A DNA stretch of 64,000 bases from an uncultured Fibrobacterota bacterium (lineage in GTDB: Bacteria > Fibrobacterota > Chitinivibrionia > Chitinivibrionales > FEN-1185). A program made the position numbers and the translations under genes. Within the stretch, counting starts at the first letter, position 1. Each line of letters starts with the position of its first letter. Below the pieces are notes generated by a model. It ran no database searches and had not been told where the DNA came from. It saw only the letters and a list, made by a program, of their open reading frames with translations. The stretch is from assembly GCA_963753345.1 (NCBI GenBank), contig CAVWBU010000035.1:32001-96000 (forward strand), given 5' to 3'. Of this stretch, positions 19,941-30,835 are shown piece after piece.

Positions 19941-20408
19941 CTTGTTTTAGCTCTGCAGCTTTGCACTACATAGATAGATCGGAATATGCATTGAAAAGAT
20001 GATGAATTGTCCGCTTCGGATCCAAAGTCCGAAATCAGCAGCGTCACCCGAATGGTGCTAGGTCTCATATTGTTTCATTGTGCCCCTGCACGGCCAGTAT
20101 AGAAACATCCACCTTGGGAAGGCGTTCACGCTTGTCAGGGTGAATGTGCAATTATACGGAATAGGATCAAAATACTTCTATGTTACGCACAATTTGAAGG
20201 GGAAAATCGTCATTGGCCCATGTGGTGCCCTTAATAGCTGCCTCTGCTCCGTTGTGCACCACAGTACGCATGTAGATGCCACAGGCACGACGGTAAAATT
20301 ATCGAAGAGATTTTGCCTCTCAACCAAATCGGGTTCGCTAATCGCGCACATAAAGTGACTGAGGATTGTGTAATACTGAATCTCCATGCTATCGATAAAA
20401 GAAATACC

Positions 20409-20779
20409 TGCCTCTATCGTGACAGCGAAGCGCGAGGCGGCAATACTTGTTTTTCAATCACCCCAAGAACGGTCTGACCGTTTTGATCGTACAGCTTTCG
20501 CACGGTCATCCATTGTTCCGGAAGGCCCCTTTCCCCTGTTTTCATCCATCCGAAAAACGCAAGTGGAACAAGTCCGTTCCAGTCGTTTTATTTCAAAACC
20601 CTGTTTCATCCGGTAAAAATATAACTGTCACACAAGCCGGCGTTGGTTGGACTTTGCACGATATCGCACCAGGAACGCGCGCATTCTATTTCGTGCCTGA
20701 TATGCCTGGCGTCCGAACCGAGGAGGTTGTCGATTGCCTGAATGTTTTGAAGAGTGCTGTCCGTGGTGTAACAGACTGT
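20409..20779 (-). pseudogene. Diverged duplicate of the 3' end of the 30836-33016 gene
   Basis: Colinear with 30831-31200 (shared IRHEIECARSWCDIVQSPTNAG); contains a stop and has no 5' part. Confidence 0.85.
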
Positions 20780-21085
20780 ATATGATTGAGGCAATTGTTT
20801 TTTTTGGGGGGGACGAAATGCATCAGGCCCAACAACGGTGAAAAAATATCAGCGTGTGTCAGGAGGAAAAAGGAATTCTGAGGTAGAGCTGATCGTCTCG
20901 CGGCATCTAGGTGATCTAACGGTAAAAGCCAGGTTGTAAAACTTTCCCATAAAATATATCTGATTAAAACAGATTAAAACCTTAAAAATGAATTAGGGGA
21001 ACACGGTGATATGCTTCCCATATCGGAAATAATCTCTGAAATAAATGATACTTAATGACAAGGCAATTATTAAAAAAGATTTTGA

Positions 21086-22336
21086 TTAATCAAGCCTTAA
21101 CCCATATTTGCGGCAAAAAAACATATAGAGCGACAACAAGAAAAGTTCGGAAGTAACAAAAGAAATTGCGGCTCCGCGGGCTGAAAAAACTGGCACCAGA
21201 ACAAAGAGCAGGCTTACAGAGCCCAAACCTGCCGTAACAATTGATTGCATAAACTGCTTTTCATGACCGGACCCCAAAAGAACCTGTGTACCGTAGATAT
21301 TGTCAACAAAAACACTTAAAGGAAGAACGGCCATGATTTTCACCAATAAAGAAATTTCTGGAGACCACTTGCCTGATACAAGCCATACTACTATATCGGA
21401 TGTGAAAAAAAGGAGCACGCTTATTACCGTGAAAACAACGCTGCCGCCTAAAAGAAATTTTTTCAGGAATCGGAGCGCTTGGTACTGGGAAGAGGAAAAG
21501 AGTGCCGAAATTCTTGGGTAGATCGCAGTAGCGGGCGGTCCCGCAGTTGATATTGCCACTCTGACGATTTTTTCCGCGACCGCATATATGCCCACTTCCT
21601 TGTTGCTGGTAAGGAGGCCAAGCACGAACGTGTTGCTATTTGTAAAGAGCGTCACCGAAATCTGAGAAACAAACACGCTGAAACCGTCTCTGGCCAATTG
21701 TGCTGTTTTTTTCATGGAAGGAAAAGATAGTCTCATTCTCAAATATTTAACAGCCAGAATCAGGCCGGCCACGCCGGATACCCATGCTGCGCCCGTGTTA
21801 AGAATTAACAGATAGAGAAGCTGGTCATGCCTGCGGATAATTAAAAACGTTAGGGCCGTTGCAGCAATTCCCGTGGTGACCCTCAGATACGTTATCAGGT
21901 TCATCCGTTCGGTTCCAAGAAAAAGCCATTGCGGGAACAAAATGCTGCCAACGACTCCACCATAGGCCCAGAGATAAATCGCGATATTCGTCTTGAATCG
22001 CGGGACGAGTAAAACAATCCCTAAAAAAATAAAAAAGCATACAAAGGCCAGCATGGCCTTAACGAGGAAGACGGAAGAGGAAAACGAAGCTAACTCGGTT
22101 GGGTTGGTCCGCAGCCGCGATACCTCTCGTGTTGCTGTAAGGTTGAACCCGTAGTCAACAACGATCTGAAAATACGTCGTGAAGGAAATGGCGAAAACAT
22201 ACAGGCCAAATGTATCGGTGCCAAGAATTCTGAGAAGGTAGGGGATGGTCACCAAAGGAAACAGATATCCCACTATCTGGAGCGCAAGCAGATAAAGCGT
22301 GTTGCTGGCAATGCGTTTAGTTGATTCGGAAAGCAT
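21086..22336 (-). CDS. wzx: Polysaccharide flippase Wzx
   Basis: About 12 TM helices; YLFPLVTIPYLLRILG, DYGFNLTATRE, VGIYAVAEK, YPRIS. Confidence 0.92.
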   Translation of the reverse strand: MLSESTKRIASNTLYLLALQIVGYLFPLVTIPYLLRILGTDTFGLYVFAISFTTYFQIVVDYGFNLTATREVSRLRTNPTELASFSSSVFLVKAMLAFVCFFIFLGIVLLVPRFKTNIAIYLWAYGGVVGSILFPQWLFLGTERMNLITYLRVTTGIAATALTFLIIRRHDQLLYLLILNTGAAWVSGVAGLILAVKYLRMRLSFPSMKKTAQLARDGFSVFVSQISVTLFTNSNTFVLGLLTSNKEVGIYAVAEKIVRVAISTAGPPATAIYPRISALFSSSQYQALRFLKKFLLGGSVVFTVISVLLFFTSDIVVWLVSGKWSPEISLLVKIMAVLPLSVFVDNIYGTQVLLGSGHEKQFMQSIVTAGLGSVSLLFVLVPVFSARGAAISFVTSELFLLSLYMFFCRKYGLRLD

Positions 22337-22412
22337 TGTTGATTTATAATTTTTTTAGGATACTGTCTGGAAAATTCTATTGAAATGAAAAATAACAATA
22401 GTGTCTGATTAA

Positions 22413-23341
22413 GAGCTTATCCATAAATAAGAATTGTGGTTAATGTCGGCATATATGATATTATTTCCATGGAAGAACCAAAAAAAACGCAGGCTCTATT
22501 CATGGGAGATATCGGGCACGAGTTCTGGGCGAAAGTTGAACCGTTAATACCGAAAAAGTAGCGTGATCGCCGTCAGAAGTTTGTTCGCTAAATCAGGAGG
22601 TGGACGGAAACCCATATCACCTCGTCTTGTTTTGGCTGGGAGAAACTTTTTGTTCTTCGGAATGGCAATTTAATGGAAAGCGCTTCCGAAGACTCAATTT
22701 GGCAGTCCAAGTGCAATCCATCGCTATTTTCTGAGTGGCAAAAGGCCGGATACTTTGAGAAATTGTGGAAAGCAGGGATTGCCGAATACGACGATATGGA
22801 AGGCATAGCCTGGCAATGGCAAAGTATTGATGGTGGGATGAACAAAGCCCCACTTGCACTTGAAAATGTCGGCCACAACCCAACTGATCGGGGAAAAAAA
22901 TGGCAGCAAGCGAAGCATACTCGTTGACGGTCGTGGCATCCCGCTGTCGCTCGTCGTGAGCGGAGCACAGAAGCACGACGTGAAGTTGCTGCCTGATACA
23001 CTTGACAACATTATGATAGAACGTCCAACAACAAAAGCTCGTCGGAGACAGCATTTGTGTGCTGATAAAGGGTATACAGGAGAGCCCGCGTTCAACCAGT
23101 GTGTCGAGCGGCGATATATCCCTTGCATTCGGCAACGAGGAGAAGAAATTGAAATGAAAGCGCAGGAACCCAAGGTTCAAGGCGCAAAGATGGGTTGTGG
23201 AGCGATGCTTGTCGTGGCTCAACCGCTTCAGAAAATTGCTGGTTCGTTTTGAAAAACTTGCTCGTAGTCATACAGGTTTACTACAGTTGGCTTGTGCAAT
23301 AATATGTTTCAGACAATCAACTTTTATTTATGGATAAGCTC
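22413..23341 (+). mobile_element. IS5-family insertion sequence, transposase degenerate
   Basis: Perfect 18-bp terminal IRs GAGCTTATCCATAAATAA, flanked by TAA direct repeats (22410-22412, 23342-23344). Transposase pieces WQWQSIDG...PTDRGKK / GSKRSILVDGRGIPL...ADKGY with a GGGGAAAAAAA slippery site; extra frameshifts near both ends. Confidence 0.9.
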
Positions 23342-23707
23342 TAAGTTGACAACAAGAAAGGGGCCGCGAACCCGTTATAATCGTTGAAGGTTTTCTATTG
23401 ATGATTAAAAAGAGGAAGCGGGCCCTGAGCAGGATAAATACAATATTCAACCAGATAAAGCAACTGTTGAATCATAAAGGATTATGGCGCATCGAAAACC
23501 GGTATAATAGCAATCGATGGTTGAAGCGCATAACTTGCTGGGAACCTCAAGGCGATGTTTACCAGGCATTTATTGAAAAAAGATGAAAGAAAAGGCATTC
23601 TCGCTTCCGCATTTGGTTTGTTAACGATACGTATTTAACAATGTGATATTGTATTTTTATTTCGGTTGAATTGATAATTCTTTCCATACCAATTTCTTTC
23701 GCTTCTA

Positions 23708-24725
23708 ATGAAAATGAGAAAAATATTTAAAATAATTAAAAAGATACTTCCACAAAATTTTATAAGGTTTATCCAACAACACCGAGTAATACTTATTTAT
23801 CTTCTTCAAAACCGTGCCGCTCAAAAGCAAAATATCTCAATACCCCTGGGTACGCGTTCTGCCAGACGATCCTAACAAAAGCTTGCATTATCTTAATGAG
23901 GTGTATCACGATTATTTTGTTTATTCGCATATACCTGTATCTTTTGTTAAGGGAAAAAGGATCCTTGAGGTCGGTCCCGGGGAAAACCTAGGGGTCGGTA
24001 TGCGGTTTCTCGCCGACGGTGCGGCGTTTGTGGCAAGCGTTGACAGGTTCAGCTCATTGCGAAGTGCCGCCGAGCAGGCAGCTGTGTATTTGAAACTTAT
24101 TGAGACTTTTACTGAATCTCAGCGTTCGACATTCGGTAATGCAATTGCATTTACTCCAGACGGCTATACTATTGATGAATCGCGGTATCGTTATTTATCA
24201 AATACGGCGATGGAGGGGGTAGGAAATACTCATGCTTTGGGAACATTCGACATGATTGTTTCCCGCGCTGTACTCGAGGATGTTTATGATCTTGAAGGGG
24301 TGTTTCATTCGATGGATTCACTTTTAAAACACGGCGGATATATGGTGCATGAAATAGACTTTAGAGATCATGGTATATTTACTAATTTTGGTCTTAATCC
24401 TCTCACCTATTTGACTATAAATAATAAATTATGGAAAGCCATGTCCAGCCATATTGGGGCGCCGAACCGTAGACTATTAGGAGATTATGTCTGTATATTT
24501 CAAAAATTACAATACGTTTTCCGTATATTAAAGATATTAATCATCGGCGAGAATGAGGTAGATGTAAAAATTCATAAGGAGTATATCCAAAAAGGCATAG
24601 ACTACAATGATAAACATCTTGGCTATATCAGAGAGCTGAGAAGCAAGTTCTCCACTGATTTCAAGAATATTCCCGATGAGGAGCTTTTAGTATCGGGCAT
24701 TTTCGTCACCATCCACAAGCCGTAA
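23708..24725 (+). CDS. Class I SAM-dependent methyltransferase, probable frameshift near 23870
   Basis: ILEVGPG, FDMIVSRAVLE, HEIDFRDH in ORF 23814-24725. A plausible N-terminus (MKMRKIFKIIKKILPQ...) starts at 23708 in another frame. Confidence 0.75.
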
Positions 24726-25011
24726 ATTTTGAATTATTTTTTTACATTAAAATGACCATTGAATTCATCTGATAAAAAAAAGTTGAATCATCTTCCGATC
24801 ACTGGAACGACTGCCTATGTTTTTTTCTTTGCATGGTTCGAGGATCTTATCGGAGATTTTATTAGGATATATAAGTGATTGCCGAGCTTATTTATGATAG
24901 CAGCATTTTCTAGGCAGACTCTGCCCTACGGCAGTTTTCATGACACGGGTTCAATTGTACGATTGCCTCTGGATGTCCCCCATAGTCTCAGATAGCGAAG
25001 GGGCGATAAAA

Positions 25012-26118
25012 ATGAGGATTACATTTGTGTTGCCGTCCTATCCGGGGATGCCAACCGGAGGATTCAGGACAGTCTATGAATACGCGAACCGCCTTGTGTC
25101 CAGAGGGTATAAAGTGACCATTGTCCATGCTCATCATCTTTCAAATGTCCCCTCGACGCCACCGCAGGGCCTTTATCGTAAACTTTCCAATCAAATCATT
25201 TTCTACCGAGCCCGCTTTCTTTTCCGGAGCGTTCGCTGGCAGCCAATCAATCGACATGTTCGAATGACTTATGTTCCGGAACTCTTTTCGAGATACATGC
25301 CCAATAGTGATGCTATTTTTGCAACCGCTTGGCAGACGGCAGAATACATCATCAAATATCCCGCGTCAAAAGGGTTTAAATTCTATTTGGTACAGGATTT
25401 TGAGCCATGGCTCGGACCTCGAGACCGGCTAGAGACGACATGGCGATGGCCGTTTCAGAAAGTCACCATCTCACGCTGGCTTTACGAGCAGGTTTGCGGG
25501 GCAGAGGGGACTTGTAAGAATACAGTCAACATCCCGATTGGGATCGACCAGAAAAGATTCCGTCTGATCGGTAAGGCCCGCCGGCGACCGAAGAAAGTAG
25601 CTATGTTCTTTGGAAATAGCAGTTACAAGGCGCCCCAAGACGGGATATCTGCTCTAGAGATCGCAAAGCAACAGTATCCCGACCTGGAGGTAGTCGTCTT
25701 TGGGCAGAGCGAGCAGAAGCCCGGAACAATTCCTTCCTGGGCCTCCTATTCCGGCAACATCCCCGAGAATGACTTAATCTCTATCTACAACGAGTCATCC
25801 ATTTTTATTTGCAGCAGCTTGGCGGAAGGCTTTGCCTTTCCACCAGCAGAAGCGATGGCCTGTGGGTGCGCCGTGGTCTCCTCCGACTGTGGTGGTATTC
25901 GGGAGTACGCTGAACACGAAGTCACGGCTCTCCTGTCACCGCCTGGGGATCCCAAAGCCCTAGCAAGGAATATCCTACGCCTGCTGGATGACGATAAATT
26001 GAGGCAGAAACTTGCTGTGGCTGGTCGCGAACGGATCCAGGCATTTACTTGGGAGAAAAGCACAGACCTTCTAGAAGCGTTCATCAAGTCTCGTGTTCAA
26101 AATCCCCATGGTGGGTAG
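25012..26118 (+). CDS. Glycosyltransferase family 4
   Basis: MRITFVLP, GGFRTVYEYANRL, ATAWQTA, EGFAFPPAEAMACG. Confidence 0.92.
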   Translation: MRITFVLPSYPGMPTGGFRTVYEYANRLVSRGYKVTIVHAHHLSNVPSTPPQGLYRKLSNQIIFYRARFLFRSVRWQPINRHVRMTYVPELFSRYMPNSDAIFATAWQTAEYIIKYPASKGFKFYLVQDFEPWLGPRDRLETTWRWPFQKVTISRWLYEQVCGAEGTCKNTVNIPIGIDQKRFRLIGKARRRPKKVAMFFGNSSYKAPQDGISALEIAKQQYPDLEVVVFGQSEQKPGTIPSWASYSGNIPENDLISIYNESSIFICSSLAEGFAFPPAEAMACGCAVVSSDCGGIREYAEHEVTALLSPPGDPKALARNILRLLDDDKLRQKLAVAGRERIQAFTWEKSTDLLEAFIKSRVQNPHGG

Positions 26119-26308
26119 CGTAGGGGTATTCCACATGCTTACAAGACTATGTTGAGTGACAACTTTATTTTTCGGGGTAATCAGGGTTAGTCAAGACACG
26201 CGCATACCTTTTTGTTTTCTGCAGCCTGCAACGGTAAAAACAAGCCACCAACCCTTTGACCTTAACTAACGCTCTCATATCGCAGAAGTGGCCACACCAA
26301 GGCGAACA

Positions 26309-27781
26309 CTAACAGTAATCGGCGGAGCGAGGGAGGGGTGGTATCTTCTGCTTCGCCAATTGTTTATCGGAGTGAATGAGGTATTGGCTGCAGGAAAGAA
26401 TAATAAAAAGGAAGAACATGATTTCGGGACTTGCAATGACACTATCGACTATTCCATGGGTCATGAAAAATATCAGGGAAAAAAGTACGCCAAATCTTAA
26501 CAAGGAATATTGGCGGGGCAATCTGAGACGCATCAGCAGGAATATGGTGCCAAACATAAGTATAGCCCATCCACATAGTGCCGCGAGTCCCCACCCCAGC
26601 CAGAGTTCAAGATACTGGTTATGGGACGACATGACACGCAAATAATCAAACCCTACAGGAAAACCAAACTGGAACTTGGCAAGGCTGAAGTTGTTCATCC
26701 CTATGCCGAAAATATAGTGATTCTCCCGGAGGATTTTTATTGCGGCCTTGAACAATTCGACCCGGCCGGCATTTGACAAGAAATCAGCGAACCTGGGGTG
26801 CAAGAGTCTATTGGAATATCCAACGCCGAATGCTATCAAGAAAACAATGATAATCCCAATAAAAATGAGGCGCATCTTTATGCTTTTCGTTGTTACAATT
26901 AAAAACGCACCCAAGAAAAAGAAACCGGGCAAACTGCCTCGCGAATAGCAGGCAATGATACACAAAGCATATAGTGCAGAAATACAGAAAAAAAACACCT
27001 GATTAACCCTCCGCTGTTCAGAAAGACCGACAAAAAGAGACAGCGGAAGAAGCAATTCAAGAAACGAGGAGATGATGTTAGGATTAATTCGAATTAAAAA
27101 GCCCAGCCGTCCCTGAAAAACCGCGGTGATTTCACCTAGTTTCTCGTACTCATTTAAAACCATTAGGATAAAGGGAATACCTGCAATAGCAACAGCCCTG
27201 AAAGTTGAGATAAGGGTAAGCGATCTGTTCGATAATAAAAAATAGAATGCATAAAAAACCGCTATTCCCGCTGCAAAGTACACATCGTATATCGCAGCCG
27301 GGCTGAATGCGGAAAGCTTGCCATTGCAGGCCTGGTACAACCAAGACATGACAAAGCCGGCAAAAATGAGAAAAAGGGGGGCCTTTGCAGGGATAAAAAC
27401 ATTTGGGAAGGATATTTTGCTTATTGCAAAAATTATGGGAACAAGAAAAACAGTAGCTATCGAAAGCCACCGTATTATAGGGTATCCGAGTGAATATCCA
27501 ACGGGAAAGAAAAGAGAAATGGCTGCATACAGAGGAAGGGCGAAAAGCAGCTTAAGGCTGTATCGCTGCGCAACAATGACAATACCCAGAATTGCAGTTA
27601 AAGACAGGACGGAAAGAACAGCCAGTTTCGTATGTTGAAAATGGATACAGACAAATTCGAAAACGGAAAACAGAACGACGGCCCCCAATAGCCATGTATT
27701 GTTCCTTTTCTCCCTGCCTGGCGAAGCTACAGAGGTACAGGTTTCGTGTGGTGGCAGTCCGTGATTGACATACAACGCCAT
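26309..27781 (-). CDS. O-antigen ligase / Wzy-like polymerase
   Basis: Multi-TM protein with NPN, SRG, R...GIG..NF and SHNQYLE motifs of the Wzy_C family. Confidence 0.85.
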   Translation of the reverse strand: MALYVNHGLPPHETCTSVASPGREKRNNTWLLGAVVLFSVFEFVCIHFQHTKLAVLSVLSLTAILGIVIVAQRYSLKLLFALPLYAAISLFFPVGYSLGYPIIRWLSIATVFLVPIIFAISKISFPNVFIPAKAPLFLIFAGFVMSWLYQACNGKLSAFSPAAIYDVYFAAGIAVFYAFYFLLSNRSLTLISTFRAVAIAGIPFILMVLNEYEKLGEITAVFQGRLGFLIRINPNIISSFLELLLPLSLFVGLSEQRRVNQVFFFCISALYALCIIACYSRGSLPGFFFLGAFLIVTTKSIKMRLIFIGIIIVFLIAFGVGYSNRLLHPRFADFLSNAGRVELFKAAIKILRENHYIFGIGMNNFSLAKFQFGFPVGFDYLRVMSSHNQYLELWLGWGLAALCGWAILMFGTIFLLMRLRLPRQYSLLRFGVLFSLIFFMTHGIVDSVIASPEIMFFLFIILSCSQYLIHSDKQLAKQKIPPLPRSADYC

Positions 27782-27800
27782 TGATGATTACCGGCATGTT

Positions 27801-28976
27801 CTATTGTGAACGCTTGTGGGGTCTGAGTTCCTCAATAAATGCGGCAAAACTGCGGTTATTCGCGAGTAAAAAGCCAAAGGTGAATTGATAAGAAAGAATA
27901 AGAAGCAAAAAGCAATTTTCCAAGATAATAATTGCCGCCATCATGGGCACCCTCTTAGGGCGGTCCTTGTATTCGGGCTGGAATGCCGCATCAACAATGA
28001 CAAGGGAAGAGACGTTCTTCGCTTCTTGTATTTTTGCCTGCTCCAATTCCTTTGTCAAAAGCAAAATCACCTGTTCCTGCGCTTCAATATCGCGTTCGAG
28101 ATTGGTAAAAATTGGGATGAGCTTTGCGGACAGGTTAAAACTCGGCAGCACGTCGGGTGTTTCGGATGTTTCCATGGACCTTAATTTTTGATTTACCACG
28201 GCAAGGTTTCTCTGCAATTCCTGAATTTGCGGAGACGATTCGTTTCGTTCCTTCTGCAGGTCTTTTATTTGTATTTCCGTCATCAGCGCGTCTGCCTTGA
28301 TGGCAGCATACGAGTTTAACGAAAGCTTTAATTGCTCGGGAATGACATACGCCTTGTTTTCCTTCTGGAACGTCTCAAGAACATTTTCCAAACTGTCAAG
28401 ACTCGTTTTGCTTTTTGCAAGCTGGCCTTCAATAAAAATCCTGTTCCTGCTCGCGCGGTCCATGCTTATGCACCGTATTGCCGAATCAACAAGTGCGAAG
28501 ACGTATTCAGCCATTATTTTTGCAGTGTCCGGCGACGTTGCATAACATGAAATGGTGAACGAAATCGTATTTTGTTGAAGGCCAAGGTTGCTCGTCTGGT
28601 CGACGTCCATTGCTATCAATTTTTTCAGCAGCTTTGATGCGAGAACGTATTTGTTATTTGACTTGGTCAATTTAAACTTGCGGACCAGATCGAAATGATC
28701 AATTATTCTTCTTTGGTTCGCTTTGCTGGCAAAAATCGTGTAAATCTGCTCCGGAAGGATGCTAGGGGAAGAGAGGGTTGGTATATTAACACCTAAAAGA
28801 GACATTTGAGAACCCATTTCGTTTGATAAGGGGGGGAAAAAAGTGACCTGCGCAAGGTATTCTTTTTTGGCAACACAAAATGCGTACACCCAGGCACAAA
28901 TGGCTATCACGATAAAGTTGATGATAAAAACCCGTTTTTTCCGTAAAAGGAATCGGATATATAGCTGTAGACTCAT
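27801..28976 (-). CDS. Polysaccharide chain-length determinant (Wzz/GumC-like co-polymerase)
   Basis: Two TM helices flanking a coiled coil; VIVDAAFQPEYKDRPKR motif. Confidence 0.85.
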   Translation of the reverse strand: MSLQLYIRFLLRKKRVFIINFIVIAICAWVYAFCVAKKEYLAQVTFFPPLSNEMGSQMSLLGVNIPTLSSPSILPEQIYTIFASKANQRRIIDHFDLVRKFKLTKSNNKYVLASKLLKKLIAMDVDQTSNLGLQQNTISFTISCYATSPDTAKIMAEYVFALVDSAIRCISMDRASRNRIFIEGQLAKSKTSLDSLENVLETFQKENKAYVIPEQLKLSLNSYAAIKADALMTEIQIKDLQKERNESSPQIQELQRNLAVVNQKLRSMETSETPDVLPSFNLSAKLIPIFTNLERDIEAQEQVILLLTKELEQAKIQEAKNVSSLVIVDAAFQPEYKDRPKRVPMMAAIIILENCFLLLILSYQFTFGFLLANNRSFAAFIEELRPHKRSQ

Positions 28977-29167
28977 TCCGTCCGTATACTCCTATGAAAC
29001 GAGGTTAGGAAAATATAATTTGCGTCCATAGTATTGTTTTACAATTATTTTGTTAATAAGAAAGCCCGGAAGCACTTGGAACGGTTCAAAACTAAATCAT
29101 AAATTTAGTAGATGGCCCAATTTATTTTTATGCCAAGGAGCATTTTATTTAATATAAAAGGGATGTC

Positions 29168-30752
29168 ATGAAAATCGTGAAAAAAAATCTCACTGCTTTA
29201 TGTATCATTTTGTCCGTGCAACAATTTTCAGGCGTATCGATGGCACAGGCTCCGGATTTCCCCTTCGGTACGGAGCAAAAAACCAATGTTACACCACTCG
29301 TGGCGCCCATCTTGTCAAACGAGTCATCGGAAAACTCGATAGATTCCTCACAATATTATGTCGGGAGCGGTGATGTCTTTCTTGTTTCGATTTTAGCCAT
29401 GAGCAATCGGCAGTTCAAGGCCGTAATTGATGACAATGGAGGCATAGTACTTCCCGATTTTGGTTTGGTAAAGCTGGGCAAGGTACCTTTACAAGCAGCT
29501 AAAAAGCATGATACGGGATCATGTTTCCAAAAAAATAAAAATAAAAAGCGACGTCTATGTCTCGCTTATTAAAGCCAAAGAGGTGACAGTAAACATCACC
29601 GGCGCAATAGCAAATCCGGGAACAATAAAAATTTCAGGTAAAATGCGGTTGCTGGATGCAATAAAGCAGTCAAATAATAATACACTTCCCTCTGTTAATG
29701 AGCTTAATTTCAGGTCGGTATCCGTTACAAGCGGGGATTCGACAAAAGTTTTTGATCTGTTACAATTCATTTTTAAAGGTAATACCCAGCAGAATCCATA
29801 TGTGTATCCCGGCGATAACGTTCAAATAAACCTAGCCACGTCACGAGTTTTTATTGGGGGTGCTCTAAAAAATACTACCCAAGGTCAAATCCCGATAAAG
29901 GAATACGAACATGCAATTGACTTTATTTCCATGTTTCAACTTGATGCTTCAGCTGATTCGTCAAAAATCATTATTAAAAGCGGGAAAGATATAAACACCC
30001 AAACTGTTACTGTGTTCGATAAAAAGGCAGCTGCAGAAATTATTCTTCATGATAATGATATAATTATGATTCCCCAAAAAGAAAATTATTCTCAGCAATT
30101 GCTGGTTTACGTCTCAGGAGGGGTGTCTGCACCAGGAGGGTATCCTATTTTAAAAAATCGCTCAACTCTTGATGATGTCATCCAAATGGCCGGAGGTCTC
30201 ACGGCATTGGCAAACAAAGAAAAAATAGTGATCATCAGGCGAAGTAAAACATTACGGAAACCTAATCAACCGGGGACGTCTGCTTAACCCAGTTCGGTGA
30301 GGCCGGAAATCACCACCGCAATCGTGAAAGCGAGCACCACAAATGATTTTTCCATTATCGCCCCCGGATCGGCGCACAATGAAATTTACCTTGAAAGGAA
30401 TGACGAAGTTATTGTGCCCAAGACGGAACGATACATTTACATAAGCGGTAATGTTGAAAATCCGGGAGCCTATGAATATGTCAAGGGTAAGGATTGGCGC
30501 TATTATATCCAAAAGGCCGGGGGATTTACTCCGAAGGCGGATAGGCGAAATACTTTTATTATTTCCACACTTAATGATGTTTACCAGATCAAAGATTTTT
30601 CCAGAATTAGTGAAGGTGACATTATTATTATTCCTGATTCGCAAGAGTCAAAGCGGTTCGTTACAATTCTTCTGCCGGTTTTTCAGGCAATTATAACAAC
30701 CATTTCGGTGGTGCTTGCCATTTATGCCACCTATGCCTCAACGCGTAAATAG
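29168..30752 (+). pseudogene. SLBB-domain polysaccharide export protein (Wza/KpsD-like), disrupted
   Basis: YYVGSGD, repeated V.G.V..PG.Y / AGG SLBB motifs. Frameshift near 29505 and in-frame TAA at 30285-30287. Confidence 0.8.
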
Positions 30753-30835
30753 CATGCAATGAGCGTAAGCTGTTGTAGGGCGGGATATTTTTATCGCCAT
30801 TAAACCGCAAACCTTTTCGCCTATGACCAGTGCCT

